Below are positions 1-10,337 of a stretch of DNA of 64,000 bases, piece after piece. Source of the DNA: Syntrophales bacterium (GTDB lineage Bacteria > Desulfobacterota > Syntrophia > Syntrophales > PHBD01). The DNA lies in NCBI GenBank assembly GCA_963668175.1, contig OY764159.1:4320001-4384000 (forward strand), in the 5' to 3' direction. Position numbers and translations under genes: made by a program. The stretch's first letter is position 1, and the number at the start of each line of letters is the position of its first letter. The notes below the pieces were generated by a model. It searched no databases and had not been told where the DNA came from. It was given only the letters and a program-made list of their open reading frames with translations.

Positions 1-467
1 GAAACCTCGACGGCCTCGTGTACGGCGGCCTTCGACATCTTGCCTTCATTCTTTCTGAAGAGTCTCGTGATCCTGTCCGGCCACCAGCCGGCATGCCTGA
101 TCCACCGTCCCTGAAAATAATTCTTCCGGGGAAAACTGTACCCGCTGGCCGCACTTTGGGAACCGGCGACGATTTCCCTGATTTTCGCTTCCGTCTCCGG
201 GGGTACCCGCTCGTCCGCATCCAGGACGAGGATCCACGGGCATTCGCACCTGTCGATGGCCAGCTGCTTCTGGGGACCGAAGCCATGCCACCCCTCACTG
301 TAGACGTCGCAGCCGAAATCGGCCGCAATACGAATGGTGTTGTCCGTGCTGCCTGAATCGATAACGACAATCTGACGGGCAAAGGCCGCGCTCCGGAGAC
401 AATCGGGGAGGTTCTCCTCCTCGTTCTTCGTGATGATGGCTACGGAAAGGGGAATTTTATCTGCCAT
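1..467 (-). CDS. GT2 glycosyltransferase, WaaE/KdtX-like (3' end runs off the window)
   Basis: Not in the ORF track. Manual reverse translation from ATG at 467 gives MADKIPLSVAIITKNEEENLPDCL...VVIDSGSTD...GFGPQKQLAI...WILVLDADER, with the GT2 N-terminal motifs and DxD. Confidence 0.85.
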   Translation of the reverse strand, partial: MADKIPLSVAIITKNEEENLPDCLRSAAFARQIVVIDSGSTDNTIRIAADFGCDVYSEGWHGFGPQKQLAIDRCECPWILVLDADERVPPETEAKIREIVAGSQSAASGYSFPRKNYFQGRWIRHAGWWPDRITRLFRKNEGKMSKAAVHEAVEV

Positions 468-1122
468 ATCTGTCCATAACCATGAATCCGTTGCAGCAGC
501 TGTAATGCTTGATGACCCAGCCGTCATGCAATTCGATAAAATCTTTCTCTTCTTCGAACGGCCGGCCGAAATAGCCTTCGATGGCCCTGATGACCCCCCT
601 TTCGTTATCCCAACCCTGCCCCGTGCTGCCGTCTCTTCTTACAAAGACATCGTGCATGTTGGTGTCGTGAAAGAAGACCTTGGCCCTTTTGGCCAGAAAG
701 GGAAACCAGGATTTGATCTCGGCAACCGTATGATCGTAGAGATGACTCGTATCGATAAAAAGGATGTCGATCACCGGTTCAATCTGACGGCTCCGGCACC
801 AATCGGCAAATGACGAGGCGAAAGCGATGTCGTCCTGTCGGACGAAGATCCGGTCGCTGTAAGTCGATACATCGCGGCAATCCTCGATGTCCACACTGAC
901 GAGAACCGCCTCCCATAGCCTGGCGACTCGCTCGAAGACAAAGGTCGATTCGCCGTCTCCGACACCGAGTTCGACAATGAGTCCGGGGGCAATGTCCAGA
1001 CACTCGGTAAACATTGTCTCTAAATGGTCGCTGATGTCCGTCTTCCGCACGGAAACGCGCTGCCGGATGTCTGCGACCGCCTTCCTGAGGGTCCCCTTAT
1101 TGAACCGATCGATAAACGCCAT
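457..1122 (-). CDS. Class I SAM-dependent methyltransferase (Methyltransf_24-like)
   Basis: IVELGVGDGEST motif I, IDILFIDTSHLY and FHDT motifs. Confidence 0.8.
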   Translation of the reverse strand: MAFIDRFNKGTLRKAVADIRQRVSVRKTDISDHLETMFTECLDIAPGLIVELGVGDGESTFVFERVARLWEAVLVSVDIEDCRDVSTYSDRIFVRQDDIAFASSFADWCRSRQIEPVIDILFIDTSHLYDHTVAEIKSWFPFLAKRAKVFFHDTNMHDVFVRRDGSTGQGWDNERGVIRAIEGYFGRPFEEEKDFIELHDGWVIKHYSCCNGFMVMDRYGR

Positions 1123-1135
1123 TGCTATTTCCCTT

Positions 1136-2059
1136 TTAATCGTAAGCGATATCCTGCTCGAAAGGCAGATAGATATTCTTCTCGAATCGCCGCAACAATT
1201 TCGGATAATCAGAAATCGTTTTACCTTTTAATAATCTGTAAATGTTGATATCGGAATCCAGATCGGGCCACTTTTCATCCCATAGCCTGCGGATTGCCTC
1301 CGGCCAGCATTGATCGATATAACCGGCATGGCTCTTTTCCCTGGCGTTGTTCTTCTCCGTCACCTTATGGTAATGCCAGACGAATGAATCCGTACTTATC
1401 GCCGTGCAGCCTCCTCCCAGAAAACAACGCAGTGAGAAATCGTTGTTCTCGTAGCACGCCTTCCACCGCTCGTCAAAGTAACCTATTTTGTCAAATATTT
1501 CCCTGCGCCAGAACATCACATTCAGTTCGACGCCGATGGCCCTCAGATACGGCGGGTTCGACCGGCCCAGCACTTTATCGAGGAACGGCCTGTTGGCCTT
1601 GAGTCCCCGCAGATCGACATGATCGGCACCAAATGGTTCCGCCGGCTGCCATCGCTGGTAATCCACATCGCTCTTGTCGGTAAAGGGCGTAGCCTGGTAA
1701 ACCTCGGAAATTTGCACTTTCTCAAAGAGATCCTCATCCATGCCCGACGTGACAAGGACGTCCGATGTAATAAGGCCGATCACGGGGGCCTTGCACGTGC
1801 GCACAAAATAGTTGATCGCCCGGCTGATGCCGACATTGCGGTTGAGGAGGATCGTCGAAAACCCGAAACGGTTCTGTAATTCCACCAGCCAGTGCCGGTG
1901 CGCCGGAGTCGTTCCCTGATCCAGAAGATAGACATCGCACGTAAGCTTCGGGCTCTTCCGCGCGTAGAAGGTCTCGACGACGGTTTCCAGAACGCCCTTC
2001 GCGCCTTCTTCGCCGTCGGGATTGTAATTGAGAATCATGTATGCAATATCGGGAACCAT
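1136..2059 (-). CDS. GT2-family glycosyltransferase
   Basis: LLDQGT, NVGISRAIN, ITSDV and IGYFDE...YENNDFSLR motifs of GT-A fold enzymes. Confidence 0.75.
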   Translation of the reverse strand: MVPDIAYMILNYNPDGEEGAKGVLETVVETFYARKSPKLTCDVYLLDQGTTPAHRHWLVELQNRFGFSTILLNRNVGISRAINYFVRTCKAPVIGLITSDVLVTSGMDEDLFEKVQISEVYQATPFTDKSDVDYQRWQPAEPFGADHVDLRGLKANRPFLDKVLGRSNPPYLRAIGVELNVMFWRREIFDKIGYFDERWKACYENNDFSLRCFLGGGCTAISTDSFVWHYHKVTEKNNAREKSHAGYIDQCWPEAIRRLWDEKWPDLDSDINIYRLLKGKTISDYPKLLRRFEKNIYLPFEQDIAYD

Positions 2060-2247
2060 TTTCCCCCTGAATCCTGAATATCCGATTGCAACAAGTGGCT
2101 CTCCATATCACAGATTGTGTGAAAAAATAATGAAATATATCATACCCTATGCTAGTAGGAGCTTCCGGCCGGATCAGGCTCGTCAGTTCGTTCCTGCTAA
2201 CAAAGAGAAGGGCGCCGGAAACGAAAGAAGGAGGCCGATGTAACATC

Positions 2248-3159
2248 TTGTTGAAGCTTCTACCGGGACAGTGGCGTCCATTCTTAGCCCTGGCTCTCCT
2301 GGCCTCGATCTGGGGATACAACTGGGTCATCATGAAGAAGTCCCTTCAGTACATGGGACCGCTCGACTTCAATGCCGCCCGGATATTCTTCGGGGCCATT
2401 GTCCTTTTTATCTACATGCTCTTGAAAGGCTTTCCGCTGAAGCCTAGGCAGGTCACCCTGACCTTGCTGGTGGGGCTGTTCCAGACGACGGCAAGCACGG
2501 GACTTACCGTCTGGGCGCTGGCCGGCGGCGGAGTAGGCAAAACAGCGATCCTAGTCTATACATTGCCTTTTTGGATGTTGTTATTTGCCCGGTTGCTTCT
2601 TTCCGAAAAGATATACGGCATCAATTGGATACCTGTCATCATGGGGTTTATCGGCCTGGCCGTGCTTTTTGAACCCTGGTCGCCGAAGAATCTCGTCAGT
2701 TCCATTCTGGCCGTAACTTCGGGTATCTTTTGGGCATTGGGGGCTGTCATCATCAAAGTTGCGCAACGGAAACCGGGATTCGACATCATCCCCCTCACGG
2801 CATGGCAGCTCCTCTGCGGGTCCATTCCTCTCGTCATAGCCGCCATCCTCATACCTTCACGGCCCGTCAACTGGACACCTTATCTCATGTTTTCCATTGT
2901 TTACAATGCCGTCATCGTTTGCGCCGTCGCCTTTCTTCTCTGGACGTATATCATCCAGAAACTGCCCGCCGGAATCGCAGGCATGGGCACCCTGGCCATA
3001 CCCGTTATCGGTGCCGGAGCTTCTGTCTATGAGCTCGGCGAAAGGCCCGACACCTGGGAATCATGGGGCATGATCCTGATCGTTGCCGCCCTCGCGTTAT
3101 TGACATATCTCAGAAGCCGCGAAAACAAGCAGGTCAATACAGTGATAACTCCGGAATAA
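2248..3159 (+). CDS. EamA/DMT family transporter
   Basis: About 10 hydrophobic helices, IWGYNW start and LLLSEK / ELGERP repeats. Start codon uncertain (ORF is open from 2149). Confidence 0.85.
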   Translation: MLKLLPGQWRPFLALALLASIWGYNWVIMKKSLQYMGPLDFNAARIFFGAIVLFIYMLLKGFPLKPRQVTLTLLVGLFQTTASTGLTVWALAGGGVGKTAILVYTLPFWMLLFARLLLSEKIYGINWIPVIMGFIGLAVLFEPWSPKNLVSSILAVTSGIFWALGAVIIKVAQRKPGFDIIPLTAWQLLCGSIPLVIAAILIPSRPVNWTPYLMFSIVYNAVIVCAVAFLLWTYIIQKLPAGIAGMGTLAIPVIGAGASVYELGERPDTWESWGMILIVAALALLTYLRSRENKQVNTVITPE

Positions 3160-3505
3160 GGCTGCCCGTCTGAAAGAAGCCGGTTCAAAACGCGGATCAC
3201 CTGGACACGGAAGAAAAGAAAGAATACCGGCCTTTGCCTGACTGGCAGGAATCGCGAGAATCTACAGAGGCAGAGTATCTTCATTGCGAAGACGGCTTAA
3301 TATTACCCCGTACCGTCGCCACAAAGGACGAACGGATCGCGGAAAACGCCATATGGCCTGAAACGGGCGAAAACGAGTCAGGTTCATGTTTACAGTCAAC
3401 CGGCGAAATGATACATTATTCAGGCCTATTTAAGACAGCGGGATCAGCAGATATCGTATCTTCGCAGCAGAAGGACCGGCCTCCCGGAACGCAGGAGAAG
3501 AAACC

Positions 3506-4321
3506 ATGAAGATCGGATTCGTCCAACTAGACAGCATCTTTGGGGAAGTCGAACGGAATATAGAGGCAGCGGAACGCCTTATCGCAGGCATCGAGGCCGA
3601 CCTCATTGTTTTGCCCGAGTTTTTCAACTCAGGCTACCTCTTCACGTCCCAGAAGGAAGCCGACGATTTGGCCGAGGAAATCCCGAACGGTAAGACAACC
3701 CAAGCCCTTTCCCGGATAGCCCGGGAAAAAAACGCCTATATCGTTGCCGGCCTCCCCGAACGCAGCGGCAGGAATCTGTACAACTCCGCCGTTCTCGTCT
3801 CTCCGTCCGGTCATGTCGATACCTACCGGAAGGTACACCTCTTCAATGAGGAAAAACTCTGGTTCTCTCCGGGAGACAAGGGCTTTTCCGTTTACGATAT
3901 CGGTCCTTGCCGCATCGGCATCATGATCTGTTTTGACTGGTTCTTTCCCGAATCCATGCGCGTTTTGGCCCTCAAAGGGGCGGATATGATCTGCCATCCG
4001 GCCAATCTGGTCCTGCCCTTTTGTCAGGACGCCATGGTGACGCGCTGCCTGGAAAACCGCCTCTTCGCCGTCACAGCGAATCGCACGGGATCGGAAGCGA
4101 GGGGAGGCAAGACATTCAGGTACACAGGCAAAAGCCAGATTACGGGGCCAAACGCCCAAATCCTTCTCCGTGCCGGCAGTGACGGCGATGAGGCGGGCGT
4201 TTACGATATCGATATCACAAACGCCAGGAACAAACGGCTGAACCCGCATAACGATCTTTTCGGCGATCGCCGTACGAATTTTTATACGGATCTTACCGTT
4301 CAGGCCCGCAGGGAGGGCTGA
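3506..4321 (+). CDS. Nitrilase / carbon-nitrogen hydrolase family protein
   Basis: Glu-Lys-Cys triad motifs LPEFF, YRKVHL, ICFDW. SD GGAG upstream. Confidence 0.9.
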   Translation: MKIGFVQLDSIFGEVERNIEAAERLIAGIEADLIVLPEFFNSGYLFTSQKEADDLAEEIPNGKTTQALSRIAREKNAYIVAGLPERSGRNLYNSAVLVSPSGHVDTYRKVHLFNEEKLWFSPGDKGFSVYDIGPCRIGIMICFDWFFPESMRVLALKGADMICHPANLVLPFCQDAMVTRCLENRLFAVTANRTGSEARGGKTFRYTGKSQITGPNAQILLRAGSDGDEAGVYDIDITNARNKRLNPHNDLFGDRRTNFYTDLTVQARREG

Positions 4322-4447
4322 GGCGAATTGGGCTGTATCTTTTTGCCCATCCACCCAGACAGCCAATTTATGCTTGATATTAATAAACAATTGCGATAGC
4401 TATATCAGTATCTCAACGCACAGATAAAATACGAGGAGGACAGATTT

Positions 4448-4636
4448 ATGGCGACGATTATGCCCGAAGGAGAAAACATCCAGAAGGCCATCAAATGGGT
4501 ATCTTCCAATATTGAAGAAGACCCGAAGCAATCCATCCCCAAGCTCGTAGAGAAGGCGGTTTTCAAGTTCGATCTGTCGCCTGTTGATACGGAGTTCTTA
4601 ATCGGTTTTTTCCGAAGACGGGGATCGGAAAAATAA
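4448..4636 (+). CDS. Small hypothetical protein (62 aa)
   Basis: Strong SD (GAGGAGG) before the ATG, helical-looking sequence, fills the intergenic gap. Confidence 0.75.
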   Translation: MATIMPEGENIQKAIKWVSSNIEEDPKQSIPKLVEKAVFKFDLSPVDTEFLIGFFRRRGSEK

Positions 4637-4687
4637 GATCATCCTTTTTCAAAACCTTATAAAGCTATTGACCCAGACAAAGAGGGT

Positions 4688-5752
4688 ATGTCCGTCACAG
4701 AGAAGCCGGTGGTGATGAAACGCCATCGGGCCATGGTTTCGATCATCCTGAATCGTCCGGAGGCGCTGAACAGCCTCAGCGCCGACATGATCAGGCTTCT
4801 CACGGCGTACGTGCAGGAAGCCCTTGCCGATCCCGACTGCCGTTTTATTCTCTTCTATGGAAGCGGAAGAAAAGGTTTTTGCGCCGGAGCCGACATCAAG
4901 GAACTGGCGCAGGCCGCCATGGCCGGAGATGAAATCCGGTTGCTCCATTTCTTTAAAACCGAATATGCCCTGGACCTGATGATCCATAAAGCCGCCAAAC
5001 CGTTTATCGTTCTGGCGGAGGGCATTACGATGGGAGGAGGTTTGGGACTGGCCGCCGGCGCGGATTTGATCGTCGCGACGGAATCGACCCTGATGGCCAT
5101 GCCGGAAACGTTGATCGGCTTCTTTCCCGATGTCGGGGCTACGGGCTGGATGTTTACCCGCTGCCCTCCGGGATACCCCGAATATCTTGGACTTACGGGG
5201 CATCACACGACCGGTCCGGAATGTATAAGGCTGGGGCTTGCCACCCATCTAACGCGGTCCGAAAATATTTCGGATATGATCCGGATGCTCGAGAATTATT
5301 CGCCGGACGGAAACCTGCCGAGGCGCGTACTGACCGGTTTACTGTCCAGGCAACTGGCGCCATTCTTTGAACCCGCTATCCCGTCGGATCCGGAAATGGA
5401 TGCATGGGTTATTCGCCATTTTTCCGGCAAAGAGACAGTCAACGACATCGTCATTTCCCTTGGCCGATGTGAGGCCCATGATATAATCTGTAATCGGGCA
5501 TTAGGAAGCATTGCGGAACGTTCCCCGACTGCGCTTGCCGTCACGCTCCTCTTGCTTCGCCGCAATGGACACAGAATGCTGGATGAAGTATTTGAGGCGG
5601 AACTGAAAGCCGCGCGATACATGTCGAAGCATCCCGATTATGCAGAAGGCATCAGGGCGAGAATTATCGACCGGGACAACAAGCCCCGCTGGCAGCCGGA
5701 TTCTCACGATGCCGTTAATACAACGGAAATCGACTGGGAGCAATATTCTTGA
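4688..5752 (+). CDS. Enoyl-CoA hydratase/isomerase family, 3-hydroxyisobutyryl-CoA hydrolase-like
   Basis: LNRPEALNSL, FCAGADIK, GITMGGG, AMPETLIGFFPDVG and EGIRARIIDRDNKPRW motifs. Confidence 0.9.
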   Translation: MSVTEKPVVMKRHRAMVSIILNRPEALNSLSADMIRLLTAYVQEALADPDCRFILFYGSGRKGFCAGADIKELAQAAMAGDEIRLLHFFKTEYALDLMIHKAAKPFIVLAEGITMGGGLGLAAGADLIVATESTLMAMPETLIGFFPDVGATGWMFTRCPPGYPEYLGLTGHHTTGPECIRLGLATHLTRSENISDMIRMLENYSPDGNLPRRVLTGLLSRQLAPFFEPAIPSDPEMDAWVIRHFSGKETVNDIVISLGRCEAHDIICNRALGSIAERSPTALAVTLLLLRRNGHRMLDEVFEAELKAARYMSKHPDYAEGIRARIIDRDNKPRWQPDSHDAVNTTEIDWEQYS

Positions 5753-5869
5753 CCCTCTCAGGCGGGCGATATCGGCCGCATAAATGAAACACCGGGCAAT
5801 ACCGCCGTGAGCATCCTCCGCCGGGCTTCTTTACAATGGCGCCTGCGGATGGAGTCAGGAGTACCGATC

Positions 5870-6307
5870 ATGAATGGCACCAAACGAGAAACAGGAGGGA
5901 TCAAGGCATATATCCGGAAATTGCTGGAGGAATGCGGGTTACCGTCCGACGAAAGGACTTTATCGCGCCTTCAGCATTTTCTCGTCATGAAGAAAGATGA
6001 CAGGGAAGTGGTTGGCATCGTTGGGCTGGACGCATTACCTCCAGCCGCAGTGATCCATTCGCTCGCCGTTCATGTGTCCTACCGGAGACAGGGATTGGCT
6101 TCCCAGCTCTTGGAAGAGATTGAGGTCGATGCACGGGCCGCCGGATACACCAAATTGTTTCTTGCCGCCGCGACAGACGTCGATTTCTTTTCCCATCGGG
6201 GTTATCGTCCGCTGGCCGAAGGGGACCTGCCGGCTGGCCTCTTTACAAGGGAGAACGCGCTTCCCAAGGGCGCGGGGCAAGTTGTCTATATGGGTAAAGA
6301 TTTATAA
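5870..6307 (+). CDS. GNAT N-acetyltransferase (ArsN2/ArgA-like)
   Basis: SLAVHVSYRRQGLASQL acetyl-CoA motif A and FFSHRGY. SD AGGAG before ATG 5870. Confidence 0.75.
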   Translation: MNGTKRETGGIKAYIRKLLEECGLPSDERTLSRLQHFLVMKKDDREVVGIVGLDALPPAAVIHSLAVHVSYRRQGLASQLLEEIEVDARAAGYTKLFLAAATDVDFFSHRGYRPLAEGDLPAGLFTRENALPKGAGQVVYMGKDL

Positions 6308-6474
6308 CGATCCGACCTGATATAAAGTTGCGCATCATCCAGGGGGGTGATGACGCTATAGATCGATCCTATACCGGGATGAGAACCTGACGGATACCGC
6401 CCATCATGCGAATGCCACCATGCATATCCACTGGACAAACACTGCTATCGGCAAGGACAAGAAACGTCCGCCCT

Positions 6475-6735
6475 TTAAGCATCGCCCTCGGGCTCGGCGT
6501 CTTCCGGTTCCACCCAGACGATATGCCTCTTGTTGACAATGAGGACTTTGTCCTGCGCACCCAGGGAATCGACGCCCCAGACGGCGACAAAGGAAGACTC
6601 CCCTTTCAGGAAGACGTCGGAAATGCGTTTTCCTTTTTCGACAAAGATCTTTCCCCGGATCAGTTCACCGTCTACGGTCTTGAAGGAAATATACCGGGCC
6701 TCGCCCTTGGCCCGCACCGAATCTTTTTTGCTCAT
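6475..6735 (-). CDS. Small conserved hypothetical protein (DUF6812-like)
   Basis: SD GGAGG before ATG at 6735. RISD..F and LIVNKRHIVWVEP pattern. Family label is from recall. Confidence 0.65.
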   Translation of the reverse strand: MSKKDSVRAKGEARYISFKTVDGELIRGKIFVEKGKRISDVFLKGESSFVAVWGVDSLGAQDKVLIVNKRHIVWVEPEDAEPEGDA

Positions 6736-6981
6736 CTTCCACCTCCCCTCGCTAAATTGCACACTCATGGGTGCCCATAAGCCCGATTGCAAACGGCAAC
6801 CTCGGGTTGTCAAAAGCATATAGAATTGCCATGATGGCTGTCAAGAAGAAGAAAAATGACGAGATCCCCGGATCTCGGTTGCCACAGAATCGGGGATGGC
6901 TTTCAGAGACTGATGAAACATAGCTGATGAACCCGTTTGCCGGAACGCAACCTCACCGCATTAAAAGGATTTTGTCCGAAC

Positions 6982-8211
6982 GTGCTTGATAACGAAAAGA
7001 AGATCGTCCTTTTCACATTCGTCGCCCATTTTTCGTTCCATTTCTACGAAATCGCCTTTCCTGCCCTCGCTATCCCTCTCATGGCGTCTTTAAAAATGGA
7101 TTTGAAAGATGTCCTGGCCCTGGGATTCCCGATGTATCTCATGTTTGGACTCTGTTCGCTGCCCTGGGGAATCTTCGCGGACCGCTTCAGCAACCGGAAG
7201 GCCTTGCTCATCTGTTATTTCGGCGGCGGTCTGGGCGCATTATTAACCGGCTTTTCCTCATCCGTTTTAATGCTTACATCTTCGCTTGCCGTTGTGGGCG
7301 CTTTTGCCTGCATCTGCCACCCGGCAGGCATGGGCCTGATATCCCACGGCATCCGGAACCGCGGAACCGCTCTGGGGATCAACAGTATTGCCGGGAGTGT
7401 GGGTTTGACGGCCGGCCCTTTCCTGGCCGGATTGATCAACTGGCTGGCCGATTGGAGGATGGTCTATTTCGCAATGGCCGCGTTCAGTTTCGTCTGGGGT
7501 CTCGCCCTGCTTGCGACCCCGATCGACGAGACACCACTCGCGGAGGAACATCACGTACTACAAACGAACGGACAACCATCGAAGAAACGCGGGCTCAACA
7601 TCCTGCTCTTCTTTATCATCTTAACCTTAGGCGGACTGGCCTACCGGATCAACATCGTCATCCTTCCGGCCTATTTCGAATACAATGCCCACTTTCTGTT
7701 CAATCTGGTCCAGGGCATTCGATTGCCGAACATGGGGGCGACATCCAGTGTAGCAGCCGCCATTCTCGTATCCTTTGTTTACATCGTCGGCATCTTTGGA
7801 CAAATAGCAGGAGGAAAGCTGGCCGACCGCTGCGATCTTCGCAAACTGTACCTCGTTTTCAACGCCATAAGCTTGCCGTTTGCCGTCTTGATGGCCTATT
7901 CTGATGAACAGCCCCTCGTCCTCTGCTCCGCAGCTTATGTCTTTTTCGCTTTAGGCATTCAGCCCATCGAAAACAGCCTGGTTGCAAAGTTCACGCCCCA
8001 GCGGTGGAGGAGCACCGGCTACGGCATTTCCGCTATCCTGATATTCGGCGTGGGATCGCTCGCGGTCTACATGGTGGGATGGATCAAGGATCGCTGGTTT
8101 CTTGGGGCGTCGTATCTATTCGCGGGAGGCCTGATACTGGTTATCGTTCTCGGCATCATGCTCCTGATGAAGAACACGAGCGGACAGGACTTCAGGAACC
8201 GGCGGCTTTGA
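6982..8211 (+). CDS. MFS transporter
   Basis: About 12 TM helices with MFS motif A in both halves (GIFADRFSNRK, GKLADRCDLRK). Confidence 0.9.
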   Translation: MLDNEKKIVLFTFVAHFSFHFYEIAFPALAIPLMASLKMDLKDVLALGFPMYLMFGLCSLPWGIFADRFSNRKALLICYFGGGLGALLTGFSSSVLMLTSSLAVVGAFACICHPAGMGLISHGIRNRGTALGINSIAGSVGLTAGPFLAGLINWLADWRMVYFAMAAFSFVWGLALLATPIDETPLAEEHHVLQTNGQPSKKRGLNILLFFIILTLGGLAYRINIVILPAYFEYNAHFLFNLVQGIRLPNMGATSSVAAAILVSFVYIVGIFGQIAGGKLADRCDLRKLYLVFNAISLPFAVLMAYSDEQPLVLCSAAYVFFALGIQPIENSLVAKFTPQRWRSTGYGISAILIFGVGSLAVYMVGWIKDRWFLGASYLFAGGLILVIVLGIMLLMKNTSGQDFRNRRL

Positions 8212-8293
8212 GACGAGCATTCAGCTCTTTTCGATCAGTTCCAGATGAAGAAACGGTTCCTTGAACCTGATAGGATTGTCGCCGGGACCGGAA

Positions 8294-8899
8294 TTAAATC
8301 CCTTTAATCATATCGCAGGCTATCTCATAATCCTCCGGACGGTTGAGATTGAGCAGAATCCCCGGATCGTCGCATTCGACGGTCAGGGTTCTGCTCTCGT
8401 ATCCGGACAAAAAGGACCGCATTCCCTCCGGCCCGTCATAATGTATCAGATCCCCGATAAGGGACGATGAAATCAGCGGCGGGTGTCCATTCCTGTTCCT
8501 ATAACAGGGACGGCAAATGTCCGTTCCGCTTGACAGGAAAGCACCGGCCAGGAGCGCCAATGTCCCGGGCCGGACCAGTGGAAAATCGACGGGCAGAAGA
8601 AAAAAAGCGCGGCAATCGGGAAGGAGATGCCGCACGCCGACTTTGACGGAGGAAAGCATATCCTTCTCATAGTCCTCGTTCACTGTCCAGCGGGCGCCGC
8701 AGGACTCTATAAGTGCTGTGAGCCTTCGCGCCTCATGCCCTAGAACGATCAGAATATCCGTTATGCCTTGGGCCCTGAAAAGGCCGATGACCCGTTCGAT
8801 GAGTGTGTTTGGACCCAACGGCAGAAGGGGCTTGAACAGCCCCATCCTCGACGAGAAACCGGCGGCGGGTATCAAACCGGCCATGCCCGGCTGAATCAT
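8294..8899 (-). CDS. mocA: Molybdenum cofactor cytidylyltransferase-like nucleotidyltransferase (MocA/MobA family)
   Basis: AAGFSSRMG..KPLL, PVDFP and GHPPLI motifs. Overlaps xdhC by 4 nt. Confidence 0.75.
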   Translation of the reverse strand: MIQPGMAGLIPAAGFSSRMGLFKPLLPLGPNTLIERVIGLFRAQGITDILIVLGHEARRLTALIESCGARWTVNEDYEKDMLSSVKVGVRHLLPDCRAFFLLPVDFPLVRPGTLALLAGAFLSSGTDICRPCYRNRNGHPPLISSSLIGDLIHYDGPEGMRSFLSGYESRTLTVECDDPGILLNLNRPEDYEIACDMIKGI

Positions 8900-9981
8900 A
8901 GGACTGCCCCCTTGTTTTCGGCATGGCCGGAGGCCCTTTCGGCAATCAATTCGGCAACGATGCTGACGGCAATCTCTTCGGGTGTCCGGGCACCGATATC
9001 CAAACCGATCGGACTATGTATGCGCTTCAGGTCTTGCTCGCGCCATCCGCCTTCGATGAGAGCCCGATAGATCGTGTCCCGCTTCCTCTTACTGGCAATC
9101 ATCCCGATATAACCGGCCGGTGTTCCCATCGCCCGGACCAATACGGCCTGGTCATGATCGTGGCCGCGGGTGACAATGACGATGTAATCGCCTTCCGTTA
9201 TTTCGAAATCGGCAAAAAAGGCCTCGAAAGTCTCAGATACGTGAATTTCATCCGCCAGAGGGAAGCGTTCTCTATTGGCGAAATCCGCCCGATCATCGAC
9301 AATTACCGTCCTGAGATCGACAAAATGACACAGCGGCGCCAGCGCTTCGCCGACGTGTCCGGCGCCGAAGATATAGACCGTCCCGGGGATACCGGCCGGC
9401 TGGATGAAATAACGTACATCCCCTTTCCCAAGAAGCCGCGTTCCCTCTTTAAGCCGGGCGGGCGCTATCATTTCCGGGTCGAACTGTGATAAATCGAGAG
9501 AACCGGTGTCGCAACCTTCTTCATCCGCCATCCCCAGACCTGTTGAAATACCGTTTCCCTCGCCCGTAATCGAACGGATGAGACAGGCCTTCTTGCCGTT
9601 CCGGCATCGATCGATAAGATACTTTATAAAACAAGGCCACAAGGAACCGCTTCCGGGAATATAATCGGCCAGAATCTCCATCCGTCCGCCGCAGATCATA
9701 CCGAGATCGGATGCGTCGCGATTGGTCAGGCGGTAATGTTCAACGGCCGACCGCGACGCCAGCATGACTTTTTGGGCAAGCATCTTTGCCCGCGCCTCAA
9801 GAATGCCACCGCCGACGGTGCCGGAGCATCCCCCTTCCCTGTCCACGATCATCATGGCCCCCGCTTCACGGGGTCCGGAGCCGGAACGGTCGATGACCGT
9901 CAAGAGGACCAGCGGTTCTTTTTTCTCCAGATACCGGGACAGTTGTTCAAGAAAAGACAGCGAAACAGTCGAAGCGTGCAT
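8896..9981 (-). CDS. xdhC: XdhC/CoxI molybdoenzyme accessory protein
   Basis: GSGPREAGA, GTVGGG, GMICGG, FGAGHV, TRGHDHD and PIGLDIGARTPEEIAVSI motifs. Confidence 0.9.
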   Translation of the reverse strand: MHASTVSLSFLEQLSRYLEKKEPLVLLTVIDRSGSGPREAGAMMIVDREGGCSGTVGGGILEARAKMLAQKVMLASRSAVEHYRLTNRDASDLGMICGGRMEILADYIPGSGSLWPCFIKYLIDRCRNGKKACLIRSITGEGNGISTGLGMADEEGCDTGSLDLSQFDPEMIAPARLKEGTRLLGKGDVRYFIQPAGIPGTVYIFGAGHVGEALAPLCHFVDLRTVIVDDRADFANRERFPLADEIHVSETFEAFFADFEITEGDYIVIVTRGHDHDQAVLVRAMGTPAGYIGMIASKRKRDTIYRALIEGGWREQDLKRIHSPIGLDIGARTPEEIAVSIVAELIAERASGHAENKGAVL

Positions 9982-10061
9982 ATTACGAATCGCTCCTCCA
10001 TCAAGAATAACCGGAATTAAATTTAAATGATTCCGGCGAAAGACAAAAAGCCATCCATCGT

Positions 10062-10337
10062 TTATCCGTCACCATCCCTCCGCTTGACGTCATGTCTCCA
10101 GGGGTTGAGATAGGAACGGCAGCCGCGGCCCGCCTGGAGGAGTTCCTTATAGAATTCCCCCATGTTGCCGGGAAGGTTCATCATCCGGCAGACGTACCTC
10201 TGTCCCGTCCAGATAAGTTCGGGACATTGCCGGACGCAGGCGTCCGGATGCCTATACAAGCCGTACGTACAGGTATTATTAATACAGCAATAGCCACAAC
10301 CCACACAGGCATGATATTCTGTTGATGCCGCTGGCAT
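10062..10337 (-). CDS. Small Cys-rich protein (CxxCxxCC), putative Fe-S/Zn binding
   Basis: CVGCGYCC followed by further Cys residues, 91 aa. Confidence 0.7.
   Translation of the reverse strand: MPAASTEYHACVGCGYCCINNTCTYGLYRHPDACVRQCPELIWTGQRYVCRMMNLPGNMGEFYKELLQAGRGCRSYLNPWRHDVKRRDGDG

Noticed and set aside
5870..6307. Arsenic-resistance ArsN2 assignment
   Set aside because: No ars genes nearby and no C-terminal Cys motif, so it is kept as a generic GNAT.
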